From the NCBI RefSeq assembly GCF_000011805.1, contig NC_006841.2: a stretch of DNA of 32,000 bases; one strand, 5' to 3'. How positions within the stretch are numbered: position 1 is the first letter of the stretch; the number at the start of each line of letters is the position of its first letter. This document shows, one piece after another, positions 1 to 10,062 of this stretch. The notes under the pieces were generated by a model. That model searched no databases, had not been told where the DNA came from, and saw only the letters and a list, made by a program, of their open reading frames with translations. The DNA is from Aliivibrio fischeri ES114 (GTDB taxonomy: Bacteria > Pseudomonadota > Gammaproteobacteria > Enterobacterales > Vibrionaceae). The translations under genes were made by a program, and so were the position numbers.

Positions 1-312
1 GGGATAGAAAGAAAAACACAACTTAACTTGATTAAGTTGTTTGATGATAATGCAATAATACAAGGTTATTATTATTCATATCCATTGCCATTAGAGTGCG
101 TAATTAAAAACAGATACAGTGTTGAAAAAAATAGAGTATCTTTAAAAAGAACAACAGTTTTAGATGAGATTGAAAAGAAAATATATAAAATGATTATTTC
201 TGAAAGCAAGGATAAGATTAATAATGAAATAAAAGATATAGATACAATGTTAGAAGTTTATAATGTTAATTATAAAAATACAATTTCAAATTTTAAAAAG
301 AATTATTATTGA
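1..312 (+). CDS. C-terminal fragment of an EAL-domain (c-di-GMP phosphodiesterase-like) protein, truncated by the window edge
   Basis: The frame is open to base 1 (GIERKTQLNLIKLFDDNAIIQGYYYSYPLPLECVI...). This matches the typical EAL C-terminal pattern GxExxxQLxxLxxxxxxxxQGYxFxxPLP. The tracked start at 28 is a TTG inside the open frame. Confidence 0.7.
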   Translation, partial: GIERKTQLNLIKLFDDNAIIQGYYYSYPLPLECVIKNRYSVEKNRVSLKRTTVLDEIEKKIYKMIISESKDKINNEIKDIDTMLEVYNVNYKNTISNFKKNYY

Positions 313-594
313 TTAATTCTTTAAATTTGTTTTATTTTTAAGTGGGGTAAAGGTAATTTTATTTCTTATAAATGCAATTCTATGGCGATCTATATTGAAT
401 AAATACAGTGATCTTATGTATTCAATTGATATTGGATTTTATATATCGGTTATTATAGGGTTGAATATCCTTGTTGGATATTTATACTAGTTTAAATTTA
501 AGATATTTATAATAAAACAACGAAAACAATCAAAAAGCATAAATAAATGCTGTCAATTAAAAACTAAGTTAGTCTTTTTAGGATATAAGTATAA

Positions 595-2205
595 ATGAAT
601 AAAATAACATTAAAAATGTTTTTCAATCTAATGATAAGTATCATAATTATAATATCAACCTCATCTATTTTAATCTTCAATATAACTACTATTGAGATTA
701 AAGAGAAAGAAAATTTTTTACAAGAGCAAATTATTGGTTCACTTAATAGTATTAATAGAATAAATGGACTAATTAATGAAATAAGAAAAAGTGATATTCT
801 TATTTTTAGTAAAATTAATGTCGAGAGTGCTAGAAAAAATCGTGAAACTTTTAATGAGGAATTAGTTAAAGAACTTGATACATATTCTCAGTTTCATGCT
901 AATGAAGCTGATGCTAAGGCTTTTGACAAGTTAAAAGTTACAATATCAAAATACAATGATACATTAACATTTGATATGATTGATTATGAGTATAGTTTGT
1001 CTCTTATAGTTGACATTTTAAAATTAACTGATGAGTTAACATTTATTAATAATAGCTATGTTTCAGATTACATGGAGAGTAATGAAAAAAGTCTTAATAA
1101 TAATATAAAATATATCTCGTTCTTTTTCTTAGTAACTTTAATTGTTACTATTTTGTTTACAATGAGAATGATGAAAGATATTAATTCAAGAATTAAACTC
1201 ATTAATGATGCAATAAAGAGATTTGTAAGTCTAGACATTAGAACTAGTGAGTTATGTTATTTTATAGAATCTAAAAAATTTAAAAATGATGAAATAGGTT
1301 CTATTATGCTAAATTTGAAAGAGTTTAGAATAAAAATAACTGAGGTTTTAACTTTAACTAGTAACTCTATAAATAATAATAAAATAGGTATTGATAAAAT
1401 TGGAGGCTCTTTATCTGATAATAAAAATTTTATGGTTACACAATTTGATAATATGAGTCAATTAGTAACAGCGATAAACGAGCTTCAATGTGCAGCAATG
1501 GAAGTTGCTAGTAATATTAATCAATCTGCTGGATTAACACAAGAATCATCACAGCAATGTATTGAAACAAAAGATGTAATTCAGGGAACTAAAAAAGCAA
1601 TTAATAATACAAGTTTAAGTCTTGAAGAATGTAATAGTATTGCTGATCTGCTTCAAAAAGATAGTGAACAAATTGCATCTGTTTTAGTGTTGATAAGAAA
1701 CATTGCAGATCAAACTAATTTATTAGCTCTAAATGCAGCAATTGAAGCAGCACGAGCTGGAGAGTCAGGTCGTGGTTTTGCTGTTGTAGCAGATGAAGTG
1801 CGTATGTTAGCTCAGAAAACTCAAGAATCAACAATTAAAATTGAGAGTATTATTTCTGTTTTACAAGATAGAACAACAGGTGTACAAGAAAAAATTAATG
1901 ATAGTAACTTATTGATGAATAGCTGTGTTGAGAAAATTAACGATGCTGAAAGTTATATAGAAAATGTATCAAATAATCTTGTGGCTTTGTCTGAAATGGG
2001 GCATCAAATAGCAACAGCTTCAGAAGAACAAACATCAGTTATCAACGAAATTAATGTAAACGCTGTGGCTGTAAATGATATTACAACTGAAAGTGTAAAT
2101 TTATCAGAAAATGTTGCTATCGAAATTATTGATATAAATAGAGATATTTCAAGTACAAAAGATATGATTAGCCAATTTGAAATCGATAAATATGAAGATA
2201 AGTAA
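595..2205 (+). CDS. Methyl-accepting chemotaxis protein
   Basis: 536 aa with two hydrophobic TM segments and the MCP hairpin signature [44 protein letters not shown]. Confidence 0.97.
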   Translation: MNKITLKMFFNLMISIIIIISTSSILIFNITTIEIKEKENFLQEQIIGSLNSINRINGLINEIRKSDILIFSKINVESARKNRETFNEELVKELDTYSQFHANEADAKAFDKLKVTISKYNDTLTFDMIDYEYSLSLIVDILKLTDELTFINNSYVSDYMESNEKSLNNNIKYISFFFLVTLIVTILFTMRMMKDINSRIKLINDAIKRFVSLDIRTSELCYFIESKKFKNDEIGSIMLNLKEFRIKITEVLTLTSNSINNNKIGIDKIGGSLSDNKNFMVTQFDNMSQLVTAINELQCAAMEVASNINQSAGLTQESSQQCIETKDVIQGTKKAINNTSLSLEECNSIADLLQKDSEQIASVLVLIRNIADQTNLLALNAAIEAARAGESGRGFAVVADEVRMLAQKTQESTIKIESIISVLQDRTTGVQEKINDSNLLMNSCVEKINDAESYIENVSNNLVALSEMGHQIATASEEQTSVINEINVNAVAVNDITTESVNLSENVAIEIIDINRDISSTKDMISQFEIDKYEDK

Positions 2206-2223
2206 ATAAATATAACTAGAATC

Positions 2224-2247
2224 AGCTCTATCGATATCGATAGAGCT
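2224..2247. terminator. 24-bp perfect palindrome, possible terminator hairpin
   Basis: AGCTCTATCGATATCGATAGAGCT lies 19 bp after the MCP stop and is followed by AT-rich sequence, but without a strong T-tract. Confidence 0.45.
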
Positions 2248-2285
2248 AATAAATTTAATACCAATTAACATAAGAAGATTATCAG

Positions 2286-2552
2286 ATGAGCTTAGAGAAA
2301 AATATTATATCCTCTCTTAAAGGAGATTTTATATGGAATGGAGTGAAAACAGAAATACTTTTGCCTTTATCTATCTTAGATTTAATGTGTATACATGAAA
2401 AAAAATATGACGAAATAATTAATTGTATTTTTTCTATTATCAATACTCATAACGATGATGTTGTGAATACAATACATGACATTATGAATCATGATGATTT
2501 ATTTAGTGCCAAAGAGAAATCTCATATAAATTTTGATAAAAATAGAACATAA
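2286..2552 (+). CDS. Hypothetical protein, 88 aa
   Basis: Complete ATG-initiated ORF between two MCP genes. The strand agrees and the codon composition matches its neighbours. Confidence 0.6.
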   Translation: MSLEKNIISSLKGDFIWNGVKTEILLPLSILDLMCIHEKKYDEIINCIFSIINTHNDDVVNTIHDIMNHDDLFSAKEKSHINFDKNRT

Positions 2553-2633
2553 AAATAAGTTTAATGAAGTTTAATGTTTAATTGAAAATCATTAAGTAAG
2601 GTTAGTACTTTGATAAGTATATGGAAATAAATT

Positions 2634-4277
2634 ATGGGCACTATCTTAAAATTAACAGTTCGAACTAGATTAATTACTGGCTTTGGATTAATCCTATTTT
2701 TAATATTCTTATTAACTATTTTAGGAATACAAAAAGTAAATTATATAGATGATACGTTAACTGAAATGACTGATGTTAACTCAGTAAAACAGCGATATGC
2801 TATAAATTACCGAGGTAGTGTCCATGATCGAGCTATAGTAATTAGAGATATAGCGATTGCAAGAACACCACAAGAATTATTAAAACTAGAACGAGAAATG
2901 ATTAAATTAACAGAGTTTTATGTTCAATCTGAAATTAAAATGAATGAAATGAGTTTACGAGGTATAAATTTCACAGAAAAAGAACAAAGTATTTTAGCCG
3001 AGATTAATAGAGCGAAAAATAAAACACTTCCTTTAATTGAAAATATTATTGATGACAAGAAATCAGGTTCTGTTATGGCAGGTGCTATTCTTGATTCTGC
3101 TCGACCTGCATTTATTCAGTGGCTAACGATAATCAACGAATTTATTGATTATCAAGAACAATATAATCAAGTGCTAACTTTTGAAGCTAGATATATCGCT
3201 GGTGGTTTTCAGCAACTAATGTTATTACTTAGTGCTTTTGCTTTAACTATATCTTTATTTATTATTTTTATTATTGAACGAAGTTTTAAAATATCTTTAG
3301 GGGGTGAACCATGGGAACTATCGGAGATGATAAAAAAAATATCAGAAGGAAACTTATCTCAATATTTTGATAATAATCCGGATGATATTGGTATATATTA
3401 TTCTCTAATCATGCTGAATAAAAAAGTTGGGTATGCAATTAGAAATAGTAGAGATATATCAAATCATGTAGCGACTTCATCTAAGCAATTAACAATTGTT
3501 ATGCAAAATACAGCAAGTAATGCTCAACATGTATTATCACAAGTTGACGAAATTTCAAATGTCATTAGTGAGTTGTCTGCAAAATCAAAAGAGGTAACTT
3601 CTAATGCTGTTCATGCAAAAGATGAGGTTAATAAAGCTATCGACAATGTTTGCCAAGGAAATAAAACGTTAGATGAATCGATTTTTTTAACGCAAAAAAT
3701 TAATGAATCAGTACAGCACACAGCGAGTATGATTGCAGAGTTAAAAACGGATGCAATGGATATTGGCGAAGTAACAGCTGTTATTAATTCTATCTCTGAT
3801 CAAACTAATTTATTAGCGTTAAATGCTGCTATTGAAGCTGCTCGTGCTGGTGAGTATGGTCGTGGTTTTGCTGTTGTAGCAGATGAAGTTCGTAACCTTG
3901 CCTCTAAAACTCAAGAATCGACACAAAGCATTCAAAAGATTATTATTAAATTGCAAGCTCAATCTGAAAGAGCTAATGATAATATGATAAGTAATGTAGA
4001 ATTTATTCAAGAATTAGTTGCTCTATCTGAAAATGTAAAATCATCTTTTGACTATATTGAAAATTCAGTTCAATCAATTTCCAAAATGAACGCTTTAGTA
4101 GCAAATACTTCTCAAGAGCAATTCACTCTTACAGAAAGAATAGAGCTGAATGTTAGCAATACAGTTAATTTAGTTAACCAAAATGTAGTAGTGATGAATC
4201 AAACGCAGCAATCAACTAAAGAATTGTCGCAATTAGCTGTAAAACAAAAAGAAGAACTGGAGTTTTTTAAAGTATAA
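2634..4277 (+). CDS. Methyl-accepting chemotaxis protein, possibly with a four-helix-bundle sensor
   Basis: 547 aa. N-terminal TM, periplasmic helical segment ([14 protein letters not shown]...), second TM, then [44 protein letters not shown]. Confidence 0.97.
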   Translation: MGTILKLTVRTRLITGFGLILFLIFLLTILGIQKVNYIDDTLTEMTDVNSVKQRYAINYRGSVHDRAIVIRDIAIARTPQELLKLEREMIKLTEFYVQSEIKMNEMSLRGINFTEKEQSILAEINRAKNKTLPLIENIIDDKKSGSVMAGAILDSARPAFIQWLTIINEFIDYQEQYNQVLTFEARYIAGGFQQLMLLLSAFALTISLFIIFIIERSFKISLGGEPWELSEMIKKISEGNLSQYFDNNPDDIGIYYSLIMLNKKVGYAIRNSRDISNHVATSSKQLTIVMQNTASNAQHVLSQVDEISNVISELSAKSKEVTSNAVHAKDEVNKAIDNVCQGNKTLDESIFLTQKINESVQHTASMIAELKTDAMDIGEVTAVINSISDQTNLLALNAAIEAARAGEYGRGFAVVADEVRNLASKTQESTQSIQKIIIKLQAQSERANDNMISNVEFIQELVALSENVKSSFDYIENSVQSISKMNALVANTSQEQFTLTERIELNVSNTVNLVNQNVVVMNQTQQSTKELSQLAVKQKEELEFFKV

Positions 4278-4410
4278 TTAATGGCTTTATTCACAAGAAG
4301 TATATGTAATTGGGGGTAAATTTTTTTGGGTTAAATAATTTAACTCCGGTAGAAGTTTAATCTAATGAAGGGCAGTTTTATGCTAACCACTCGAAGTATA
4401 TATAATCTTT

Positions 4411-4552
4411 TTCCTGTCTCTATGTAGTTACAGGGTCACTATATTTAAGTTGCTAAGGTTTCCTTCCTTTTGGACGTATACGTAATCCTAACCATCAGAG
4501 AATTTATATTCTTTTCTCGTTGAAGTGACTGATTTTACCTATCTATTACCTT
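4411..4552 (-). pseudogene. Decayed N-terminal remnant of a P4-type (DUF4102) tyrosine integrase
   Basis: Aligned by eye to the intact integrase at about 31710-31857. GTTACAGGGTCACT is identical (4427-4440 vs 31726-31739). TTGGACGTA follows at the same 43-nt offset. After a 7-nt deletion, ACCATCAGA and TGATTTTA are shared at the same 39-nt spacing. The minus strand reads KEYKFSDG/LRIRPKGRKP*QLKYSDPVTT versus KEFTLSDGEGLQLRVRPTGAKSWQFKFSDPVTR. Confidence 0.82.
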
Positions 4553-4838
4553 CTTTGAATCTCATTACTTTAGACCATAGAACAACTCTGTAATAGCTGA
4601 GCAGTTATGTTGATTATCCCAAAGCAGCACATCAAGTATTCCAAATAATTGATAGTTTAATTTCATCGATAGGTTCTATTTGAGATTTTACTGAAATTTG
4701 AATGTGCTCAAGTTGGTATATTTAATGGATAGTATATAAAAATCTGATGACGCTCTATTGTTAGGGGACAAATGTCCTCTTTATCCTAGATGATCCTGTT
4801 TTATGATTTTGATACTGATAACAATAAAGGACAACAAC

Positions 4839-5573
4839 ATGGATTTACTTTCTCTATTAGATATTAATAATACACTAGTCAACATTCCAATTGGTGGTGG
4901 GTATGCCATGAGTTGGGTTGAGGGATTCGGAACTATTTTTGGATTATTGTGTATTTGGTTTGCAAGCCAAGAAAAAACCATCAATTACGTTTTTGGTTTA
5001 CTTAACGTTACATTATTTGCAGTCATTTTCTTTCAAATACAACTCTATGGACTGTTATTACTTCAGCTCTTCTTTTTCTGCGCCAACATCTATGGCTGGT
5101 ATGCATGGACAAAACCTAACTCTAGTGGAGAAACACTTGAAGTTCGTTGGTTAAGTCAATCCAAACTTCTTGCTATCTCTGGGGGGAGTATTGCTGCTAT
5201 AGCTTTACTTACTATTTACATCGATCCATTTTTCTTTAGCTTAGCAACTATCGCTGTTGATGGGATGAATCTATTCGGTGCAGAGTTAGCTGAACCTGTA
5301 TTAGCGCCTGATGCATTTCCATTTTGGGATTCGACTATGACCGTTTTATCTATCGTGGCTCAGATTCTAATGACTCGTAAATACGTTGAAAATTGGATGC
5401 TTTGGATAGTTATTAATATCATTAGTATAGGAATTTATGCTACTCAAGGTGTTTTTGCTATGTCAGTTCAATACTCAATTCTTATGTTTATCGCCGCTAA
5501 TGGTGCTCGTGAGTGGGCTCGTACAGCAAAAGAAAATATAAATAACAAACAAGTAGAAAAGGCAATAGCATGA
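4839..5573 (+). CDS. pnuC: PnuC-like nicotinamide riboside transporter
   Basis: Multi-TM protein with WVEGFGTIFGLLCIWFASQEKTINYVFGL and YGWYAW (PnuC-like). The tracked start is 4803, but an AAAGGA ribosome-binding site precedes the in-frame ATG at 4839. Confidence 0.85.
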   Translation: MDLLSLLDINNTLVNIPIGGGYAMSWVEGFGTIFGLLCIWFASQEKTINYVFGLLNVTLFAVIFFQIQLYGLLLLQLFFFCANIYGWYAWTKPNSSGETLEVRWLSQSKLLAISGGSIAAIALLTIYIDPFFFSLATIAVDGMNLFGAELAEPVLAPDAFPFWDSTMTVLSIVAQILMTRKYVENWMLWIVINIISIGIYATQGVFAMSVQYSILMFIAANGAREWARTAKENINNKQVEKAIA

Positions 5574-6304
5574 GTAAACAACCACATATTTGCGTTGATG
5601 AAAATCAAGTTTCCCCTTATGTCATTGTGTGTGGAGAGCCAGATCGAGTAAATCGAATCGTTGAATTAATGGACAACGTAGAGCTACTTGCTGAAAACCG
5701 AGAATATCGAGTGTTTAATGGTGTGTATAAAGGCACAACGATAACGATTTGTAGTACAGGAATTGGCGCACCATCCATGATCATTGCTGTGGAAGAGCTG
5801 AAACTATGCGGTGCTACACACGTCATACGAGTGGGTTCTGCTGGTGCAATGCAAGATCATATCCAGTTAGGAGAATTGATTGTTGCTGAAGGTGCAGTGC
5901 GTGATGAAGGAGGATCTAAAGCCTATATTAGCTCTGCTTATCCAGCTTATGCGAGCTTTGCTTTATTAAAAGAAATAAGCCATTTTTTAGAAAATCAATC
6001 TGTAAAGTACTACTTTGGCGTAGTTCGATCTCACGATAGCTTTTATACCGATGAAGAAGATCAACTCTGCCAGTACTGGAATAAGAAAGGTATCCTAGGT
6101 GCCGATATGGAAACATCAGCACTATTCACTGTAGGGAGACTTCGTGGATTACAGGTTGCTTCTATTCTTAATAATGTCGTTCTTTACCAACAAGATGTTA
6201 AAGAGGGCGTAAATCAATATGTGAATGATAATAAAGCGATGATGAATGGTGAAAGGTTAGCCGCCATTACTGCGTTAGAAACTCTATGTAAACAAGGAGC
6301 ATAG
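5570..6304 (+). CDS. Nucleoside phosphorylase (uridine/purine nucleoside phosphorylase family)
   Basis: Motifs GEPDRVNRI, STGIGAPSMIIAVEEL, RVGSAGAMQ and ADMETSALFTVG. The start overlaps the pnuC stop (ATGA). Confidence 0.9.
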   Translation: MSKQPHICVDENQVSPYVIVCGEPDRVNRIVELMDNVELLAENREYRVFNGVYKGTTITICSTGIGAPSMIIAVEELKLCGATHVIRVGSAGAMQDHIQLGELIVAEGAVRDEGGSKAYISSAYPAYASFALLKEISHFLENQSVKYYFGVVRSHDSFYTDEEDQLCQYWNKKGILGADMETSALFTVGRLRGLQVASILNNVVLYQQDVKEGVNQYVNDNKAMMNGERLAAITALETLCKQGA

Positions 6305-6404
6305 AGTAATTAAAATTGTGCTTTAGTGAATTAAAGCGATCTAAAGCACAACTTATGGGCAAAAGGCTAGAAAGAGTTGTATTTATGGTTGGATCTAATT
6401 AACG

Positions 6405-7118
6405 TTGCAGCCATTGTTTCTTGATGAGTTCATTATGAAAATCAGTCCTTATTCTTCTGGTCGCTTTTACTCATTTTTAGCCAGTAAAAGTAATAAATTT
6501 AAAGAGCTGCTTTATCAGTGCCAAGTAAGTACGGGTTATGTTGATGTAGGTACTGAAATTCTTCGTCAAGGAGAGGCGCTAGACTACATTTATATTGTTC
6601 CTGGCGGTCGTGTGTCTATGAGTATTTTGGCTATTAATGGACGACGATTTCAGCTTGGTGAGGCTAATTGTGATTATCATATCTTTGGAGAAATGGAGTT
6701 TTTCACTCAAACACCTTGTCAGTGGACTGTTATTGCCGATGAGTATTTACAAGTAGATACGATCTGCTTAAAAGCGTTAACTAAAGCCTTATATAAACAG
6801 CCAGAGATGATGTTCTTTTTTGCAGCAGCATTAGCAGAAGATTATCAAGACTCGATGGATATTTATACCAACCGATTATTGCATCCTATTGCGTATAATA
6901 TTGGATATGATCTATTAATGCAGAAAAGTGGTATAACTACTGCATTAGGGAGCTTTAATAAAGTACTTCAAGAAGCTGAGCGATTTGGAACGTCTGAAAG
7001 AGTATATCGAAGAGCAGTTAAAAGCCTAATAGATAAAAATCTCATAGAAAAAAGCGACCAAGGCTTAGTTATTATTAATGAAGATGAATTAAGAGCTTTT
7101 TTAGAAGGACATGAATAG
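6405..7118 (+). CDS. Crp/Fnr-type cyclic-nucleotide-binding-fold regulator
   Basis: Cupin/cNMP-like segment (EILRQGEALDYIYIVPGGRVSMSI...FGEMEFFTQTPCQWTVIA), a dimerisation helix and a C-terminal HTH-like region. The tracked start is TTG at 6405; ATG at 6435 is an alternative. Confidence 0.75.
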   Translation: MQPLFLDEFIMKISPYSSGRFYSFLASKSNKFKELLYQCQVSTGYVDVGTEILRQGEALDYIYIVPGGRVSMSILAINGRRFQLGEANCDYHIFGEMEFFTQTPCQWTVIADEYLQVDTICLKALTKALYKQPEMMFFFAAALAEDYQDSMDIYTNRLLHPIAYNIGYDLLMQKSGITTALGSFNKVLQEAERFGTSERVYRRAVKSLIDKNLIEKSDQGLVIINEDELRAFLEGHE

Positions 7119-7127
7119 AACATAAAC

Positions 7128-7162
7128 CCCACATCGTAAAGGTGTGGGCTTTCTGTTTTTTT
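7128..7162 (+). terminator. Intrinsic terminator after the Crp/Fnr-type gene
   Basis: CCCACA-tcgtaaagg-TGTGGG followed by a T-rich run (ctttctgttttttttg). Confidence 0.7.
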
Positions 7163-7307
7163 TGCTTGGGTTCTCTTTCAGTTCACCATATTTATTTTAT
7201 CTCTAATTTTAAAATCAAAATTTATAATCCATTCTCCTAGCAGACAATCTTGCACAGTTCCTTTAATCTTAAATCTCAATTTAAACAATCAATTAAAGGA
7301 AACTATT

Positions 7308-7451
7308 ATGCCTAATTCAAAAACACCAATGACACCAAATGCAGCAGCTCGAATTCAAAGTGCAGAGGCGAAAGCAAATAGTGGGCAAGTAGCAAAAGGA
7401 AGTTTTGCAGCTAAAGCTCAAAAAGCAGCAGCAAAGAATAGCAATAAATAG
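7308..7451 (+). CDS. 47-aa mini-protein resembling bacterial seed-maturation-protein (SMP)-like proteins
   Basis: Below the ORF-track length cutoff. Translation is MPNSKTPMTPNAAARIQSAEAKANSGQVAKGSFAAKAQKAAAKNSNK. A good RBS (aaagga) lies upstream and a terminator hairpin directly downstream. Confidence 0.8.
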   Translation: MPNSKTPMTPNAAARIQSAEAKANSGQVAKGSFAAKAQKAAAKNSNK

Positions 7452-7460
7452 AAATGATAA

Positions 7461-7490
7461 AAATGGGCCTTTGTGCCCATTTATATTGTT
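7461..7490 (+). terminator. Terminator of the 47-aa gene
   Basis: AAATGGGC-CTTTGT-GCCCATTT perfect 8-bp stem followed by T-rich sequence. Confidence 0.7.
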
Positions 7491-7542
7491 AAAAAGGGTG
7501 TAAAAAACACTTAATCAAAAACATATCAGTGTGCTAGGTAAA

Positions 7543-9771
7543 ATGAATAATATCGAAATGCCATACATTACAATACAGAGTCTATTACGTGAGTTTTCTA
7601 AAGCGTTAGGAACAAAAAAACTGGCAGCAAAAGAAATAGATAATGCATGTAAACAAGTAGAAATTAATCCTTATCAATTACAAAAGTTAAAGATGAAATT
7701 GATCCATGAGCCACTAAGTAAACACGTTAATGTTTACTTTGCTGATCATGTTTTAGGTCAGATAGACTCTGTATTTAAGCAATATTTATATATTGTTCAA
7801 ACAATAGAACTAGACGGCGTTAATGCAAAGAAAGCACAGAATTTAATTAATAATAATTATATATCAATGGTCGCGGCTTTCGTATGCACTGAAGTACTTG
7901 ATAGTTTACGCATAACACCTAAAGAGTTGGCTAATAATGGTCAAACAGCAATGCAAGCTGTGTTTGATAATTTTAAAGGGATAACAACTTGGCGTAAGCA
8001 TTTTGACAGTGCGACAAAAGAGCAAAAAGATAGATATCGAATGTGGTCTAAAGGAAAAAACGGTGAGTTGCCAGATATTGAAGGTATCGGTGCTATTGGT
8101 GACTTATGGAGTAATGATCGAGACTGGGGAGTAATAAAAGCAAGATTGGTAACTGCCCATATTTGGGATTACTTTTTTTATCGTTCAGGGTTATGTGATT
8201 TTACGATTATTGGGACGATGGATATTGAGCAACAGTGGAAAACTCTTGTTGAATCACTTCAATTATTACAAAGAAAAGAAAGTGAGCAGTATCGTATATC
8301 AACACCTACCGCGTTAGAGCTTTATGAATTGCTAAGACTAAGAAAGAGTAAATCAGAGGATGATAAAAATAAATGTCAGTTATTACTTGAGCGATTAAAG
8401 CAGTATCAAGATGAATTAGATCATAATCATGAAACAACATATTACTATCATTGGATGGAAGCTCGTTATCATCTTCATTGTGGTGAATTAAACCGGGCGT
8501 TAATAAGCTATAAGCTTGCCTATGAACAGTCAATTTACCGTGCTGGTGAAAACATTGGATGCATAATAAAAGAAGCTATTTTGGTTGCATCGCGTCTTCA
8601 AAAACCAGACAAAGCATTTATTAATAAATTACGAAGCATGGCTGCTGTTTTTGGGTTTGATATTTTACCTAATCTTCCAACGGATGATACAAAGAAAAAG
8701 CCAGAAGTTATAGAGGAGTGGGAGATCAGTGCTTACGCTCAATATTTTGAGCATTACTTTACAAAAGCTTCTTTTTTTCCTGAGGCGGAATACCCTAAAT
8801 TTTATGATATTCGCCACGGTGCTTGGCTGGTTAATGAGACTAAATATACAGTAAATGTAAACACACCAAATAAAATGCTTAAAGTTGGTGAGGCCGGACT
8901 CTTAGTTAAACGCATGCCGCAATTGGTTTATTTTGCGATGAATGACGATATAACAGCAGTAAACAAATTGATTGAAGCAGGGGCTAGTGTTAACAAACTC
9001 TCTGAATCGAATGAGAGTGTTTTATTAATGGCTGTACAAGCATTACAAGTAAATTTATGCCCATTAAACTCCATGCGTGATGATTTACTAAAAGTAATTA
9101 CTTCTAAACAGCATACAAAAGAAGCGGTAAACGCCATAACGACGAAACGAAAATTGACAGCATTAGGGTGTGCGGTTCAAACAGGTAGGCTTGATGTTGT
9201 TAAAGCAGTTATTGAATTAGGTGCAGAAATAGACCAGCGTCATGATGTGGGTGGAGAAACGCCATTATTCACATGTATAGGATTAATTACTCAACATAAA
9301 AGACCATGGATTCCTATAGCGCTTGCAGAAGTATATAAGTATAGTGATCAAAACCTTAATGCATATATGGCCTATTCAGCAGGTTTTGTTCCGCATGATA
9401 AAGAAGAGTTGAAGCAGGTTATTAAATCAAAAGAAGCGGATCCTATATTCTTAGAGTATAAAAATGTGGTTGGAAAATACATCAGTGAAAATATTAAAAA
9501 GCATACAAGTCTTGATGGATTTCGTGAAATTGCGAAATATTTAATAGAAAAAGGGGCAGATGTAAATGCTAGGCATGATACCGCATTACAGGGGTACACT
9601 CCATTAATGTTAGCGGCTGAACTGGACGAAGCAGAGCTTTTTTATCTGATGGCGAAAGCAAAAGGCAACATCAATGATTCATGTGTTAATCCAGAAAATA
9701 ATCGTCGAATGTCATGTCGTGAGATTGCTCGCTATTGGCGATCACAATCAGTGATTGCGTTATTTAGATAA
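7543..9771 (+). CDS. Large protein with a C-terminal ankyrin-repeat region
   Basis: Ankyrin-like units: VNKLIEAGASVNKL..., GRLDVVKAVIELGAEIDQRHDVGGETPLFTCI, REIAKYLIEKGADVNARHDTALQGYTPLMLAAELDEAE. The track starts at GTG 7531; ATG 7543 is a better-placed start. Confidence 0.88.
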   Translation: MNNIEMPYITIQSLLREFSKALGTKKLAAKEIDNACKQVEINPYQLQKLKMKLIHEPLSKHVNVYFADHVLGQIDSVFKQYLYIVQTIELDGVNAKKAQNLINNNYISMVAAFVCTEVLDSLRITPKELANNGQTAMQAVFDNFKGITTWRKHFDSATKEQKDRYRMWSKGKNGELPDIEGIGAIGDLWSNDRDWGVIKARLVTAHIWDYFFYRSGLCDFTIIGTMDIEQQWKTLVESLQLLQRKESEQYRISTPTALELYELLRLRKSKSEDDKNKCQLLLERLKQYQDELDHNHETTYYYHWMEARYHLHCGELNRALISYKLAYEQSIYRAGENIGCIIKEAILVASRLQKPDKAFINKLRSMAAVFGFDILPNLPTDDTKKKPEVIEEWEISAYAQYFEHYFTKASFFPEAEYPKFYDIRHGAWLVNETKYTVNVNTPNKMLKVGEAGLLVKRMPQLVYFAMNDDITAVNKLIEAGASVNKLSESNESVLLMAVQALQVNLCPLNSMRDDLLKVITSKQHTKEAVNAITTKRKLTALGCAVQTGRLDVVKAVIELGAEIDQRHDVGGETPLFTCIGLITQHKRPWIPIALAEVYKYSDQNLNAYMAYSAGFVPHDKEELKQVIKSKEADPIFLEYKNVVGKYISENIKKHTSLDGFREIAKYLIEKGADVNARHDTALQGYTPLMLAAELDEAELFYLMAKAKGNINDSCVNPENNRRMSCREIARYWRSQSVIALFR

Positions 9772-9830
9772 GATCTATTTGAATTTAATTGTATGGTTTC
9801 AGATTAATTCTAACCTTCCACCACTAAAAA

Positions 9831-9870
9831 CATAAAGCCCATATCGAAAGGTATGGGCTTTATGTTTTTT
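9831..9870 (+). terminator. Strong intrinsic terminator after the ankyrin gene
   Basis: Perfect 13-bp stem CATAAAGCCCATA (9831-9843) / TATGGGCTTTATG (9852-9864), 8-nt loop, then TTTTTT. Confidence 0.9.
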
Positions 9871-10062
9871 AGCTTTAAAAAATGCCACTAAAGTTATTAA
9901 ATCGTAGATTACTTTAAAGTGAGAGTAACACTTGATTATACAATATGTTACAAACGCTCATTTATCTGATTTGAATGATGAATATCATTGTCCTTTCCTC
10001 AATTTTCTCATATCCTCTTAGAATTATTGTCATAAAAAACCTTACTGAAGGTAACACTAAAC

